Below, piece after piece: positions 1 through 8,859 of a DNA stretch of 64,000 bases. The position numbers and the translations under genes were made by a program. The DNA is from a virus. Where the stretch lies: positions 36,683-100,682 of the IMG/VR virus record IMGVR_UViG_3300027057_000001; one strand, given 5' to 3'. The notes below the pieces were generated by a model. The model was given only the letters and a program-made list of their open reading frames with translations. It did not search any database and was not told the DNA's origin. Every line of letters begins with the position of its first letter. The first letter of the stretch is position 1.

Positions 1-183
1 TACAAGATGGCCATGAAATTCCTCGTGAAAGAGGAGAAAAAGGCCAAGGCCGACGAGAAGTACAGCCTGGGCGAGATGAAGTTCCGCACCCAGAAGGCAA
101 TCCTCGAAGCGATCAAGGACGACCCGGTGGTGCGCGAGGCGGTTCGCAACGCGCTGCTCGCCAGATTCGTGCCGGGGTCGTGA
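1..183 (+). CDS. 3' end of an upstream gene (5'-truncated); possibly a RecA/UvsX-like recombinase C-terminus
   Basis: Frame 1 is open to TGA at 181-183 (YKMAMKFLV...YSLGEMKFRTQKAILEAIKDDPVVREAVRNALL). The RecA-like guess rests on weak resemblance and on the recombination-gene context. Confidence 0.3.
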   Translation, partial: YKMAMKFLVKEEKKAKADEKYSLGEMKFRTQKAILEAIKDDPVVREAVRNALLARFVPGS

Positions 184-590
184 TGGCGCTTCCTCGCTTC
201 ATCCAGGATGTGGCTGACGGCAAGGCGGCGAGGGACCGCAAGCCGAAGAGGCACGAGAAGGCCACGGCCAAGGCCCTGGGCGGACGTACGCAGCCAGGCA
301 GCGGAGCGAAGGACGGTTTCAAGGGGGATGTCCGGGAGGTGGCTACCCCGGACATGGAGTTTTTGATAGAGTGCAAGCGCACCGAGGACCAGTCTCTCAG
401 AGTAGAGGCCCGGTGGCTGAACAAGATCACCACGGAGGCAGGCCCCGATAGGGAGCCCGCCCTGGCGATCCAGTTCGAGACCAACGTGCTCCGCAGGCTC
501 ACCAGGCCCGACCAGGTGACGGCGGAGGCCGACTGGGTGGCTGTTCCCCGGAGCGTCTTCAAGCGGCTGCTCGATGCAGCAGGGGAGTAG
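180..590 (+). CDS. Hjc-like PD-(D/E)XK Holliday-junction resolvase/nuclease
   Basis: RHEK...GGRTQPGSGA...KGDV...FLIECK pattern typical of phage and archaeal Hjc-type resolvases. Confidence 0.75.
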   Translation: MMALPRFIQDVADGKAARDRKPKRHEKATAKALGGRTQPGSGAKDGFKGDVREVATPDMEFLIECKRTEDQSLRVEARWLNKITTEAGPDREPALAIQFETNVLRRLTRPDQVTAEADWVAVPRSVFKRLLDAAGE

Positions 591-595
591 GAATA

Positions 596-1546
596 GTGGG
601 TCTCGGAAGTCTGGTACGCAAAGGGCAGCAGCAGAAGCCCAGGAAGCCCACAGGGGCGCTGGAGCGACCAGACAACCTCTGGCTCCAGCCTCGCATCATG
701 GAGGCCCTGACGAGCGTCAGGGAGGTCACGGTCAAGCCGGATATGTGGCTCTCGCCATCGGTGCTGGCTGGCTGGTGCCCGCGCGCCTGGGTGATGGCCT
801 ACCGGCTGGGCATCCCGCTCCTGGACGAGATCGGCCCGAGCAACCGCTGGTGGATGGACGGCGGCACGGCTCACCACACCCTGTTCCAGGAGTGGTGGAT
901 GGGACCGGCCAAGATCATCAAGGGCGGTTGGGAGTGTCCGTGCTGTGGCCGGATCGAGGGCATCGACCCAGACGACGACTTCCCCGTGTACACGCACGGC
1001 GAAGAGGTTATCGACAAGGTGACGCCGAGGAGTGCTGTGTTCTGCCCCGACGTGTGCCAGAAGTGCGGCTACAAGCCCACCTGGCGTGCTCCGTTCAGGT
1101 ACGTCGAGCCCATCCTCTACGACGCCGAGATGCGCGTTGTCGGTTGGAGCGACGGCATCATCGACTGGGGGGCATACGACGACGAGCTATGGGACCTGAA
1201 GACCAAGGCAGGTCCAGACGGCATGGGGTGGATTCGCGAGGCCCCCGACGAGGGCAACGTGAAGCAACTCAACTGGTACTTGGACCTGGCGAAGATGAAG
1301 TACGGTCGCCTGGTCTACATAGAGCGAGGTGCAAAGCACCTGGTGGACGCCTTTCAAGAGCACCCGGTGGAACACGATCCACTGCTCATGGCGAAGGAGA
1401 AGGAGAAGGTCATTGCCTTCCGCGAAGCGTGCAACAACCCCGAATCCAGCCTCCCAGCCTGCCCAGATGGCGGGCGTACTCGGTTCGGCCCTTGCCAGTG
1501 CCGAGAGTTGGAGAGCGCCTGGAAGGATCATCGGGCTCGACCTTGA
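596..1546 (+). CDS. Cas4-like/RecB-family PD-(D/E)XK exonuclease
   Basis: CPR...GTAHH, GWSDGII, WDLKT, QLNWY motifs and a C-terminal Cys cluster; extra CxxC pairs inserted. Confidence 0.75.
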   Translation: MGLGSLVRKGQQQKPRKPTGALERPDNLWLQPRIMEALTSVREVTVKPDMWLSPSVLAGWCPRAWVMAYRLGIPLLDEIGPSNRWWMDGGTAHHTLFQEWWMGPAKIIKGGWECPCCGRIEGIDPDDDFPVYTHGEEVIDKVTPRSAVFCPDVCQKCGYKPTWRAPFRYVEPILYDAEMRVVGWSDGIIDWGAYDDELWDLKTKAGPDGMGWIREAPDEGNVKQLNWYLDLAKMKYGRLVYIERGAKHLVDAFQEHPVEHDPLLMAKEKEKVIAFREACNNPESSLPACPDGGRTRFGPCQCRELESAWKDHRARP

Positions 1547-2054
1547 ACTGGTGAACACCGGGCTGGTCGTGCTCTCCGACAGGGGCCATGTGCTCCGGTC
1601 GGCGACGTACCACTACCCCCTCACCAGCACGAAGAAGCGCAAGGTCACAGAGCGCGACAGGGTGGACCGCATCCTCCACCTCGCAAACGACATCATCGGC
1701 GTTGCCAGGACGTTCAGCGTGCAGCACATCGCCATCGAGGCGGGCGGCGCGACGTTCGGGGCCAAGAGCCAGGCCGTTCAGCGCGGCGGTCTGATGTACG
1801 TGGTGCTCACCCAGATCTGGCTCGCCTGCCACATCTTCCCAGAGACCCCGACAGCCAGTGCCACTAGGAAGAAGGTGCTGGGCTACGGCGGCAGCGGCCC
1901 GAAGACGAAGAAGGGTGAGAAGAAGGTGTCACAGAAGGAGCGGGTCATCGAAGCCCTGCGCCTGGCTGGCATCGAGTTCGAGACAGACCACGAGGCCGAC
2001 GCCTATGTCGCGGCCAGGTGGATGTACGAGACCGTGAAGGAGAGGACGTCATGA
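1467..2054 (+). CDS. RuvC-like Holliday-junction resolvase (start uncertain; overlaps the upstream gene)
   Basis: IIGLDL..NTG, HIAIE and DHEADAY catalytic motifs of the RuvC fold. Confidence 0.75.
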   Translation: MAGVLGSALASAESWRAPGRIIGLDLELVNTGLVVLSDRGHVLRSATYHYPLTSTKKRKVTERDRVDRILHLANDIIGVARTFSVQHIAIEAGGATFGAKSQAVQRGGLMYVVLTQIWLACHIFPETPTASATRKKVLGYGGSGPKTKKGEKKVSQKERVIEALRLAGIEFETDHEADAYVAARWMYETVKERTS

Positions 2055-3082
2055 CGAGAATCGCCAAAAAAGGCGGCGGCTATCGCGAGTTGACCGACGA
2101 GGAAGCGAAGGCCTGCAAGTCAGGCAACCTCGTCTCTCTGTCGGGTGCGAAGGGCGGCGTGGAGGTGCTGACGACAGACGAGACGGAGGCAAACAAGATC
2201 CATCTGCGCCTGATCGATCTCGCCGCCAGGTATCACAGCACGCAGTTCGAGATCGCAGCCCTGCTCTACCGCGTCACCGAGGAGCGCCTGTTCACGGCGA
2301 AGAGCCTGGGGGCCTACGAGACCTTCAAGGAGTACGTGGAGACCGAGCTTGGCTTCTCCCTCCGCAAGGGTCAGATGCTCGCCACCATGCACTGGTGGTA
2401 CTGCATCGAGAACAAGGACGCGCCGAAGCTGCTCGAAGGAGCCCGCGAGATCGGCTGGACGAAGGCGTACCACCTGGTCAGGGTCGTCGATGCGAAGAAC
2501 GCCGACAAGTGGTTCAAGATGGCGAAGGAGATGAACGAGCAGGAGCTTCGCCGGAACGTGCGGGCGGCTCTGGAGGCTGCCGGGAAGAAGAAGGACCGGC
2601 GCATCAAAGAGACGAAGCCGAAGATGAACCCACCACCCGGCATGACACCGGACGACCCGGAGCCCGACACTCCGACCACGGAAGAAGCCGAGGAGAACGG
2701 GCAGGTCGTGGACGACGAGACTGAGTCGGAAGGACCAGAGGGCGTCGATCCTCCGACCGAGGAGCAGGTGGAAGAGGTGAGGGCCAAGGATCAGGAGTGG
2801 ACCACCTACCAGCAGCGCGTGCCGAAGGAGGTCAAGGGCCTCATCGACGACGCGGTGGCGCTCGCGAAGAAGATCGGCAACACGGAGCACCCAGGCTACG
2901 CCCTGAGCCTCATCGCGCAGCACTTCCTGTCGTTCAGCCACGATAAGAAGACGGTGATGATCGGCGAGTGGCTGGCCTGGTTCGAGCGCAACACCGGCCT
3001 GAAGGTCATCGCCGTGGACCCGAAGGACGAGAAGGTGGTCTACGGTCACGACGTCCTGAAGGGCGTTGACGCGGAGGAATGA
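2051..3082 (+). CDS. Hypothetical protein, possibly DNA-binding (DUF3102-like helical N-terminus)
   Basis: GAYETFKEYVETELGFSLRK and IGWTKA segments; acidic linker; ATGA overlap with the upstream stop. Confidence 0.45.
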   Translation: MTRIAKKGGGYRELTDEEAKACKSGNLVSLSGAKGGVEVLTTDETEANKIHLRLIDLAARYHSTQFEIAALLYRVTEERLFTAKSLGAYETFKEYVETELGFSLRKGQMLATMHWWYCIENKDAPKLLEGAREIGWTKAYHLVRVVDAKNADKWFKMAKEMNEQELRRNVRAALEAAGKKKDRRIKETKPKMNPPPGMTPDDPEPDTPTTEEAEENGQVVDDETESEGPEGVDPPTEEQVEEVRAKDQEWTTYQQRVPKEVKGLIDDAVALAKKIGNTEHPGYALSLIAQHFLSFSHDKKTVMIGEWLAWFERNTGLKVIAVDPKDEKVVYGHDVLKGVDAEE

Positions 3083-3083
3083 C

Positions 3084-3335
3084 ATGCACGTCAGACGAGA
3101 GATGGCAGCCGACACACTGGAGCGAGCCAGGAAGGTCTTGTCCGGTTGGGAGCGCAGGCTGAAGAAGCCAGACCCCATCGTTGTTCAGCGCGACGGACAG
3201 GGGAGACCCATCGAGACGCAGCCGGTCCCGGAGGGCGCGATGGTCGTCCAGACCCTCGGCGAAGAAGACACGATCAAGCTCCGTGCCGAGTTGGCTGCCA
3301 TTGCGACGACTCTGGAAGGGCTCGCCGGGACGTGA
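3084..3335 (+). CDS. Hypothetical protein
   Basis: GGAGG RBS, coding-like codon bias, fills the gap in the operon. Confidence 0.55.
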   Translation: MHVRREMAADTLERARKVLSGWERRLKKPDPIVVQRDGQGRPIETQPVPEGAMVVQTLGEEDTIKLRAELAAIATTLEGLAGT

Positions 3336-3365
3336 TAGTCTGTCCTTCAGCGGAGGTCAGAAATC

Positions 3366-4964
3366 ATGAAAACCGCGAGTCAATTCGCAGAGGAAATCAG
3401 TGCCATCACGGCAGACCTTCCGGGTGACGACGGCGAGACCGCCGCGATCACACCGGCAGAGCCAGCCCCGGTGGCCGAAGAGCTTGCCGACTGGCGGGGA
3501 CCGCTTCAGGACATCCAGGTGCGCCTCCGCAGAATGATCCAGCAGGACATCGACAAGTTCATGGAGAGCGCCACGAAGATCCTCTCGGACGCCGAGAAGT
3601 CGGACTGGTCGCCCACTGTGGTCCAGAACTCCGTGGCCCGCTGGAGCCGCGACATCAACCGGGTCTACGCCGACTTCGTGAACAGCACGAAGGGGTTCCA
3701 GGGTCTCGTCAAGTCGATGGGCATCCCGACCCGCCGTCACAGCGGCAAGGGGAAGGCCCCCGGCAAGAAGGGCAAGATGAACTGGAAGGGCTTGTCCCAG
3801 ACCCAGTTGAAGAAGGAGGTTCAGCAGCAGGTCAAGCGCCTGTCGCAGGGCATCCACAGCCTAGCTGACGACGGTTCCTTCATGCTCCGCCAGATCGACC
3901 GTATCCTGAAGTACAAGGCCCCGAAGGACGAGACCGTGCGCGAGGAGATCGGCGCGCTGTTCCAGGACTTCGTGGACTTCCGCAACTCCTTCGGGTCGAA
4001 GGTGTGGGGTCCGTACAAGGGGCTCATCGGGCGGCTCGAAGCCATCCCGGCCAAGCCCATCACGAAGTACGGCAAGGAGTACGGCAAGGCCATGCGGAAG
4101 CGCCCATTGAAGACCATGCCGCCGACGCCGAGATTCGCGGCCAACGAGGACGCGCTGCCCATCGACTGCCCGGAGCTTCGCGAGGCCATCGAGCGCGACC
4201 GCCTGCGCGCCACGCGCGGCGTGCTGGGTGAGGACCAGGAGGAAGCAGCGGCGCTCATCGAGGACATCGAGGGCGAGCTTCTGGGCGAGATGGACGACGA
4301 CCCCGAGAAGGGCGTGGCCAGCAAGATGAAGGCGAAGGGGTACAAGTTCAAGGTGCTCCTGAAGAAGGGGGCACCGCTCTACACGAAGACCGAGAAGGGG
4401 GCCAAGGACGTCCAGAAGGACTACCCGGGCTCCAAGATCGTCGCCAACGAGAGCGAGGAGATCGACGACCCCGCCGTCATCGAGGCAGCCGAGCACGGGA
4501 GCCTCTTCGACTTCTTCGAGGACTTCGACAGCCTCTTCGACGAGGAGCCGCTGGACGAGGGGGCCAGCGACGACGCCCCTTTTCTGAGTGAGGCAACCGA
4601 GTTCGAGAAGGGTGTTCGCGTGGCTGATGGCCCGAGCCGACAGAAGATGGCCATCCAGCAGGTCTTCGGTCACATGCGGCTGAAGGGGAACGTCGAGCCA
4701 GGCCCAGGCGGGAAGTTCATGCACGGCGTGGCCAAGATTCCTGGCGGGCATCTGGAGTTCGACGCCGACCGCACGCGCCTGGCATGGACTGCCTTCGCCA
4801 ACGGAAGCATCGTGGACAAGGGCCACAGCCCCTACGGCGGCTCCATCAACCGCATGACCAAGCCCATCGCTGCGGCGATGAAGAAGGTGGCTGCGACGAC
4901 CGAGGGCAATGACCCTCTGAACGACTTCTTCGACGCCCAAGAGCGAAAGTCACTTTCGCTCTGA
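3366..4964 (+). CDS. Modular putative internal head protein (basic domains separated by acidic linkers)
   Basis: GGAGG RBS; N-terminus MKTASQFAEE resembles the T4 capsid-targeting peptide; several hydrophobic-x-E sites. Confidence 0.5.
   Translation: MKTASQFAEEISAITADLPGDDGETAAITPAEPAPVAEELADWRGPLQDIQVRLRRMIQQDIDKFMESATKILSDAEKSDWSPTVVQNSVARWSRDINRVYADFVNSTKGFQGLVKSMGIPTRRHSGKGKAPGKKGKMNWKGLSQTQLKKEVQQQVKRLSQGIHSLADDGSFMLRQIDRILKYKAPKDETVREEIGALFQDFVDFRNSFGSKVWGPYKGLIGRLEAIPAKPITKYGKEYGKAMRKRPLKTMPPTPRFAANEDALPIDCPELREAIERDRLRATRGVLGEDQEEAAALIEDIEGELLGEMDDDPEKGVASKMKAKGYKFKVLLKKGAPLYTKTEKGAKDVQKDYPGSKIVANESEEIDDPAVIEAAEHGSLFDFFEDFDSLFDEEPLDEGASDDAPFLSEATEFEKGVRVADGPSRQKMAIQQVFGHMRLKGNVEPGPGGKFMHGVAKIPGGHLEFDADRTRLAWTAFANGSIVDKGHSPYGGSINRMTKPIAAAMKKVAATTEGNDPLNDFFDAQERKSLSL
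4940..4962. repeat. Perfect palindrome, copy 1 (AGAGCGAAAGT-C-ACTTTCGCTCT)
   Basis: Read directly; the core recurs at 26452 and 47831. Confidence 0.95.
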
Positions 4965-4966
4965 TC

Positions 4967-4995
4967 TTGACCCATAGGCTGCCATTGTCCACAAT
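4967..4995 (+). promoter_or_regulatory. Sigma70-like promoter upstream of the terminase genes
   Basis: TTGACC-17 bp-CACAAT. Confidence 0.5.
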
Positions 4996-5004
4996 GGTAG
5001 TGGT

Positions 5005-5712
5005 ATGGGTGACGTAACCCCAATCCGAGGTGGTCGCATCCCGCTTGCACAGCGGATTTCGGACCTGCCCATCGTTAGCGAAGTGGACGACATGCTCCGC
5101 GAAGGGCTTTCTGCGCCCGACGTGGCCAAGCACATCCAGGAGACATTCGAGCTTCTGGCCGACGTCTCGCCCGACGTGCTTCGCAAGGCACTGAGCGAGA
5201 GGAAGAAGAACCTGCCTCCACCTCCACCTGACCCGGAACAGTGGCCAGCGGTCTACTCTCCCCCGGACACCGAGGTGGTGAACCATCCTGATGGAGCCCG
5301 ACCCCCTGGGGCGCTCGCGAAGGCGCAGTACCAGCAGGCCAAGCGCGGCATCAACGTGATGCTGGAGGCCGAGTGCCTGTACCTCGCGCAGCGCGACCGC
5401 ATCGACCGGCTCATCCACAGCGAGAACCGGACTGGCGAGCCCTACGAGGACATGCCTCGTGAAATGGGGACTGCGCTGGAGATGCTGAAGACGCACGCCA
5501 AGCTCGAAGAGCAGTACGGACCCGCCGTGGACCGGATGCGATTGAGCTTGGATGTTCAGGGTGACGCGGCAACTGGGCTGGGCGGAGCTATCGCAGCCGT
5601 GATGAAGAACCCAGAGAGCCGACACAAGGTGCTCTCGATGGTTCAGCGGTTCGCGAAGCTCGCTGCACCCCCTGTCATGGATGTGGAGGCCGAGCCTGTT
5701 GGTGGCGGCTGA
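5005..5712 (+). CDS. Probable terminase small subunit
   Basis: Directly upstream of and coupled to terL; HTH-like N-terminus (VDDMLREGLSAPDVAKHIQ) and helical C-terminus. Confidence 0.55.
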   Translation: MGDVTPIRGGRIPLAQRISDLPIVSEVDDMLREGLSAPDVAKHIQETFELLADVSPDVLRKALSERKKNLPPPPPDPEQWPAVYSPPDTEVVNHPDGARPPGALAKAQYQQAKRGINVMLEAECLYLAQRDRIDRLIHSENRTGEPYEDMPREMGTALEMLKTHAKLEEQYGPAVDRMRLSLDVQGDAATGLGGAIAAVMKNPESRHKVLSMVQRFAKLAAPPVMDVEAEPVGGG

Positions 5713-8700
5713 TGGCCATCGAAATCGTCGGTGGCCGACCTCGCTCCGTCCGCACCGAGAAGGAGTTGACCCAGGAGATCCTTGAATCGCTCGAAGCGAT
5801 GAGCGAAGAGGAGCGCCTGGCCTTCCTGTACTACCTGGACGAACTGGAGAAGGGGAACACCGACGTACTCGACGAGCACATCAAAGCCGAGTACATCGAG
5901 GAGCCCGTTGACCCGCTCACCTTCCTGCTCGACGAATACTACCTGGGACAGGTCGGCCAGCATATGTGGCCGAAGCTCCAAGAGGACTTCGTTGAGCTAT
6001 TCGAGGGCGACTACTCCGAGGCCATCCTGACCGGCTCACTGGGCTGGGGGAAGAGCTTCTTCGCGACGTGCGGGCTCGCCTACGTGCTCTACCAGATGTC
6101 GTGCCTGGCAAACCCACAGGAGGTCTACGGACTGGCCAGGGGCACGGGGCTCGCCGTCGCCATCCTGTCAGCTACGAGGGAGGCAGCCAGGCGCGTTCCG
6201 CTCGCGGAGTTGGGCTCGAAGCTCCAGTTGAGCCCCTACTTCAAGGAGAAGTGCCCCTACAAGATCGCTCAGACCATGTACGAGATCCGCTTCCCCACGA
6301 AGAAGATGATGGTGGTGGCGGGCTCGACCTCCAGCGCGGCTATCGGCACCAACGTCTTCAGCGGCTTCCTGGATGAGATGGCGTTCATGGGCGGCAGAAG
6401 GCAGATGGACAGGACCGGGCGTCTCGTGGAGGTGGATAAGAGCGAGGTGCTGACCAAGGCCATCGTGCGCCGGATGAAGTCGAGGTTCATGAAGTCAGGG
6501 AAGCTCCCTGGGCTGATGTTCCTGGTCTCCTCGAAGGAGAAGCCCGTCGCCTTCATCGAGCAGAAGATCGAAGAGGCCCGAGCAGGACAGGCCCCGGACG
6601 TCTTCGTGAGGGACTATTGCTTGACGGGGGACACCATCATCCCGCTTCTCGACGGGACGGAGAGGCGTCTCGATGATCTGTTCGCTGAGTTCGGCGGCAC
6701 CGACGAGCGATTCGAGGTCTATTCGTTCGACGTGTCGAGCGGTCGTATGGTGCCTGGCCGTGCGTTCAGGCCGAGGCTGACTGCCAGGGCCGAGGAGATT
6801 CTGGAGGTCGAGCTAGATAACGGCGAGGTGGTCAGGGCGACACCGTGGCACCCGTTCATGTTGAAGGATGGGACGTACAGGAGGGCTGACGAGCTTCAGC
6901 CAGGTGACTCGCTCATGCCCCTGTACCGAAGGCTGGATGACAAGGGGTACGAGGAGGTCGCGCAGCCGTGGTGGGGTGGGCGCTGGCAGAAGACGCACCA
7001 TATGGTGGCGAGGGCCAAGTTCGGGTCGTGGCCCCGTCGTGGGAGCGATGGCAAGCCAACGGTCATCCATCACAAGGGCTTCGACAAGCGCAATAACACG
7101 ACAGGGAACCTTCAGGTGAAGGAGTGGGACGAGCATCGTCGCATTCACACCGAGAATATGGAGACCTTGCTTCGCCATGTCAGGTCAGATGAGCATCGCA
7201 GGTTCGCATCCGAGCGAATGAGGGCTCTTCACCAGGACGAGGACTTTGCACGGGAGCGCGATAGGCGTGGTCGTGAGTTGTTGAACAGGCTGCGTGAAGA
7301 CGAGGGGTTCAGGGAGTGCCAAGCCAAGGCGGCGTCGAAGACGCTTTCGAGATTTCATCGCACAGACAGGGGGAGGACGAGGCAGTCTGAGAGAAGCCTG
7401 AAGAGGTGGGACGGCGAGCGCAAGATCGGCGGCGTGGGTGTCATTGTCGATGCGGCGAGGTGTGGTGAGACCATCACGTCTCTGGCCGAGAGGCTTGGGT
7501 GTTCACCGAGCGCCGTGAGTCAGCGTCTCAGGCGTGCTGGGATGCCGACCTATTCCAAGTTGAAGAGGGAGGCAGGACACGCGAGCCCAGGGAACCACAA
7601 GGTCGTCTCTGTCAGGGCCGGTGGTCGGAGCGATGTGTACGACCTTTCGGTGGAGGGGCTTGAAAACTTTGCCATCGGGAGCGGGGTTTTCGTCCATAAC
7701 TCGACCTGGGACGTCAAGCCACAGGAGAATTTCAGCGGCAAGACCTTCCAGATCGCGGTCGGAAACGAGACCGTGCGCTCGAAGATCGACCCGACAGACG
7801 AGGACAAGGAGTGGTACGAGGGCTCCGGGCTTCGGGTCATCGAGGCCCCAGAGGAGTACCGCCCCGACTTTGAGTCCGATCTGGAGGGTGCGCTCCGCGA
7901 CATCGCAGGCATCGCGACCGAGAGCACGAGCCTGTTCGTCCATCGGCGCGAGAAGATCGTGGAGGCCATCGACGAGAGCCTGAAGAGCCCAGTCGATGTC
8001 GAGGAGTGGATGAGCGGCGACCCGCTGGAGTTCTGGTGGGAGAGGGTGGCGATCCCCTTTGAGAGGCCCATTCCTGGCGGTTTTACAGAGAAGGCGTGGA
8101 GGCCCATCAGGCACCCACAGGCTGTGCGCTACGTCCACATCGACCCATCGCTGGTCGGAGACTGCGCCGGGCTCGTCATCAGCCACATCGCCGGGCACAC
8201 GGAGGTGACCCGGAGGGATGCTGGCGGCGAGTCGTACACGGAGGTGGCTCCGGTCATCGAGACGGACCTCCTGCTCAGGATCATTCCCCCGCCTGGGGAC
8301 GAGATCTTCCTGGGGGACATCAGGGGCATCGTCTACGAGTTCCAGGCCCACGGCTTCATCATCGCCTTCGCCTCACTGGACAGCTACCAGAGCGCGGACA
8401 CCAGGCAGCAGTTCAAGCAACGCGGCATCGAGTCAGAGGTGCTGTCGGTGGACAAGACGACGATCCCATACGAGTCAATGAAGACGGCCTTGTATGAGAA
8501 CCGTCTGCGGCTCCAAGACAACGTGACGCTCCAGAGGGAGCTTCGTGCGCTTCAGCGAGTGCAGAAGACCAAGGGCGTCATTCCGAAGTTCATGATCGAC
8601 CACCCGGCTCGTGGCTCGAAGGACATCGCTGACGGTCTGGCTGGCACCGTTCACAGCCTCATGACCAGGCAGCCGGGATTGCCGATGGCACCCATGATGT

Positions 8701-8858
8701 CCGAGCGAGACGCGATGACAGAGAAGCGAGACGACTCCTGGGTGACTGGCGGAAAGGTGATGGTCCCACCTTCGGCTGGTCAGCGAGGGGGTGGCCAGGG
8801 TATGGTTGGGCAGAAGGTGTCGAACAAGGATCTACCGATGCCGTTCACAAGGGGATAA
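5712..8858 (+). CDS. terL: Terminase large subunit containing an intein (about 687 aa after splicing)
   Basis: Walker A LTGSLGWGKS, Walker B FLDE, motif III FLVSS, RNase H-like nuclease motifs HIDPS, SLDSYQS, DHP..GSKDIAD; directly upstream of the portal. Confidence 0.92.
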   Translation: MAIEIVGGRPRSVRTEKELTQEILESLEAMSEEERLAFLYYLDELEKGNTDVLDEHIKAEYIEEPVDPLTFLLDEYYLGQVGQHMWPKLQEDFVELFEGDYSEAILTGSLGWGKSFFATCGLAYVLYQMSCLANPQEVYGLARGTGLAVAILSATREAARRVPLAELGSKLQLSPYFKEKCPYKIAQTMYEIRFPTKKMMVVAGSTSSAAIGTNVFSGFLDEMAFMGGRRQMDRTGRLVEVDKSEVLTKAIVRRMKSRFMKSGKLPGLMFLVSSKEKPVAFIEQKIEEARAGQAPDVFVRDYCLTGDTIIPLLDGTERRLDDLFAEFGGTDERFEVYSFDVSSGRMVPGRAFRPRLTARAEEILEVELDNGEVVRATPWHPFMLKDGTYRRADELQPGDSLMPLYRRLDDKGYEEVAQPWWGGRWQKTHHMVARAKFGSWPRRGSDGKPTVIHHKGFDKRNNTTGNLQVKEWDEHRRIHTENMETLLRHVRSDEHRRFASERMRALHQDEDFARERDRRGRELLNRLREDEGFRECQAKAASKTLSRFHRTDRGRTRQSERSLKRWDGERKIGGVGVIVDAARCGETITSLAERLGCSPSAVSQRLRRAGMPTYSKLKREAGHASPGNHKVVSVRAGGRSDVYDLSVEGLENFAIGSGVFVHNSTWDVKPQENFSGKTFQIAVGNETVRSKIDPTDEDKEWYEGSGLRVIEAPEEYRPDFESDLEGALRDIAGIATESTSLFVHRREKIVEAIDESLKSPVDVEEWMSGDPLEFWWERVAIPFERPIPGGFTEKAWRPIRHPQAVRYVHIDPSLVGDCAGLVISHIAGHTEVTRRDAGGESYTEVAPVIETDLLLRIIPPPGDEIFLGDIRGIVYEFQAHGFIIAFASLDSYQSADTRQQFKQRGIESEVLSVDKTTIPYESMKTALYENRLRLQDNVTLQRELRALQRVQKTKGVIPKFMIDHPARGSKDIADGLAGTVHSLMTRQPGLPMAPMMSERDAMTEKRDDSWVTGGKVMVPPSAGQRGGGQGMVGQKVSNKDLPMPFTRG
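6618..7700 (+). mobile_element. Intein (361 aa) with an HNH homing endonuclease
   Basis: Starts C-LTGDT, block B TPWHPF, ends VYDLSV...GVFVHN followed by Ser+1; internal VIHHKGFDKRNN...NL HNH motif. Confidence 0.93.
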
Positions 8859-8859
8859 C

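Noticed and set aside
8791-8859. ORF-track upstream starts (portal 8791; also 1329, 18579, 19324, 20322, 34655, 35284, 39747)
   Set aside because: They overlap upstream genes or promoter elements; downstream starts with RBS or stop-start coupling fit better
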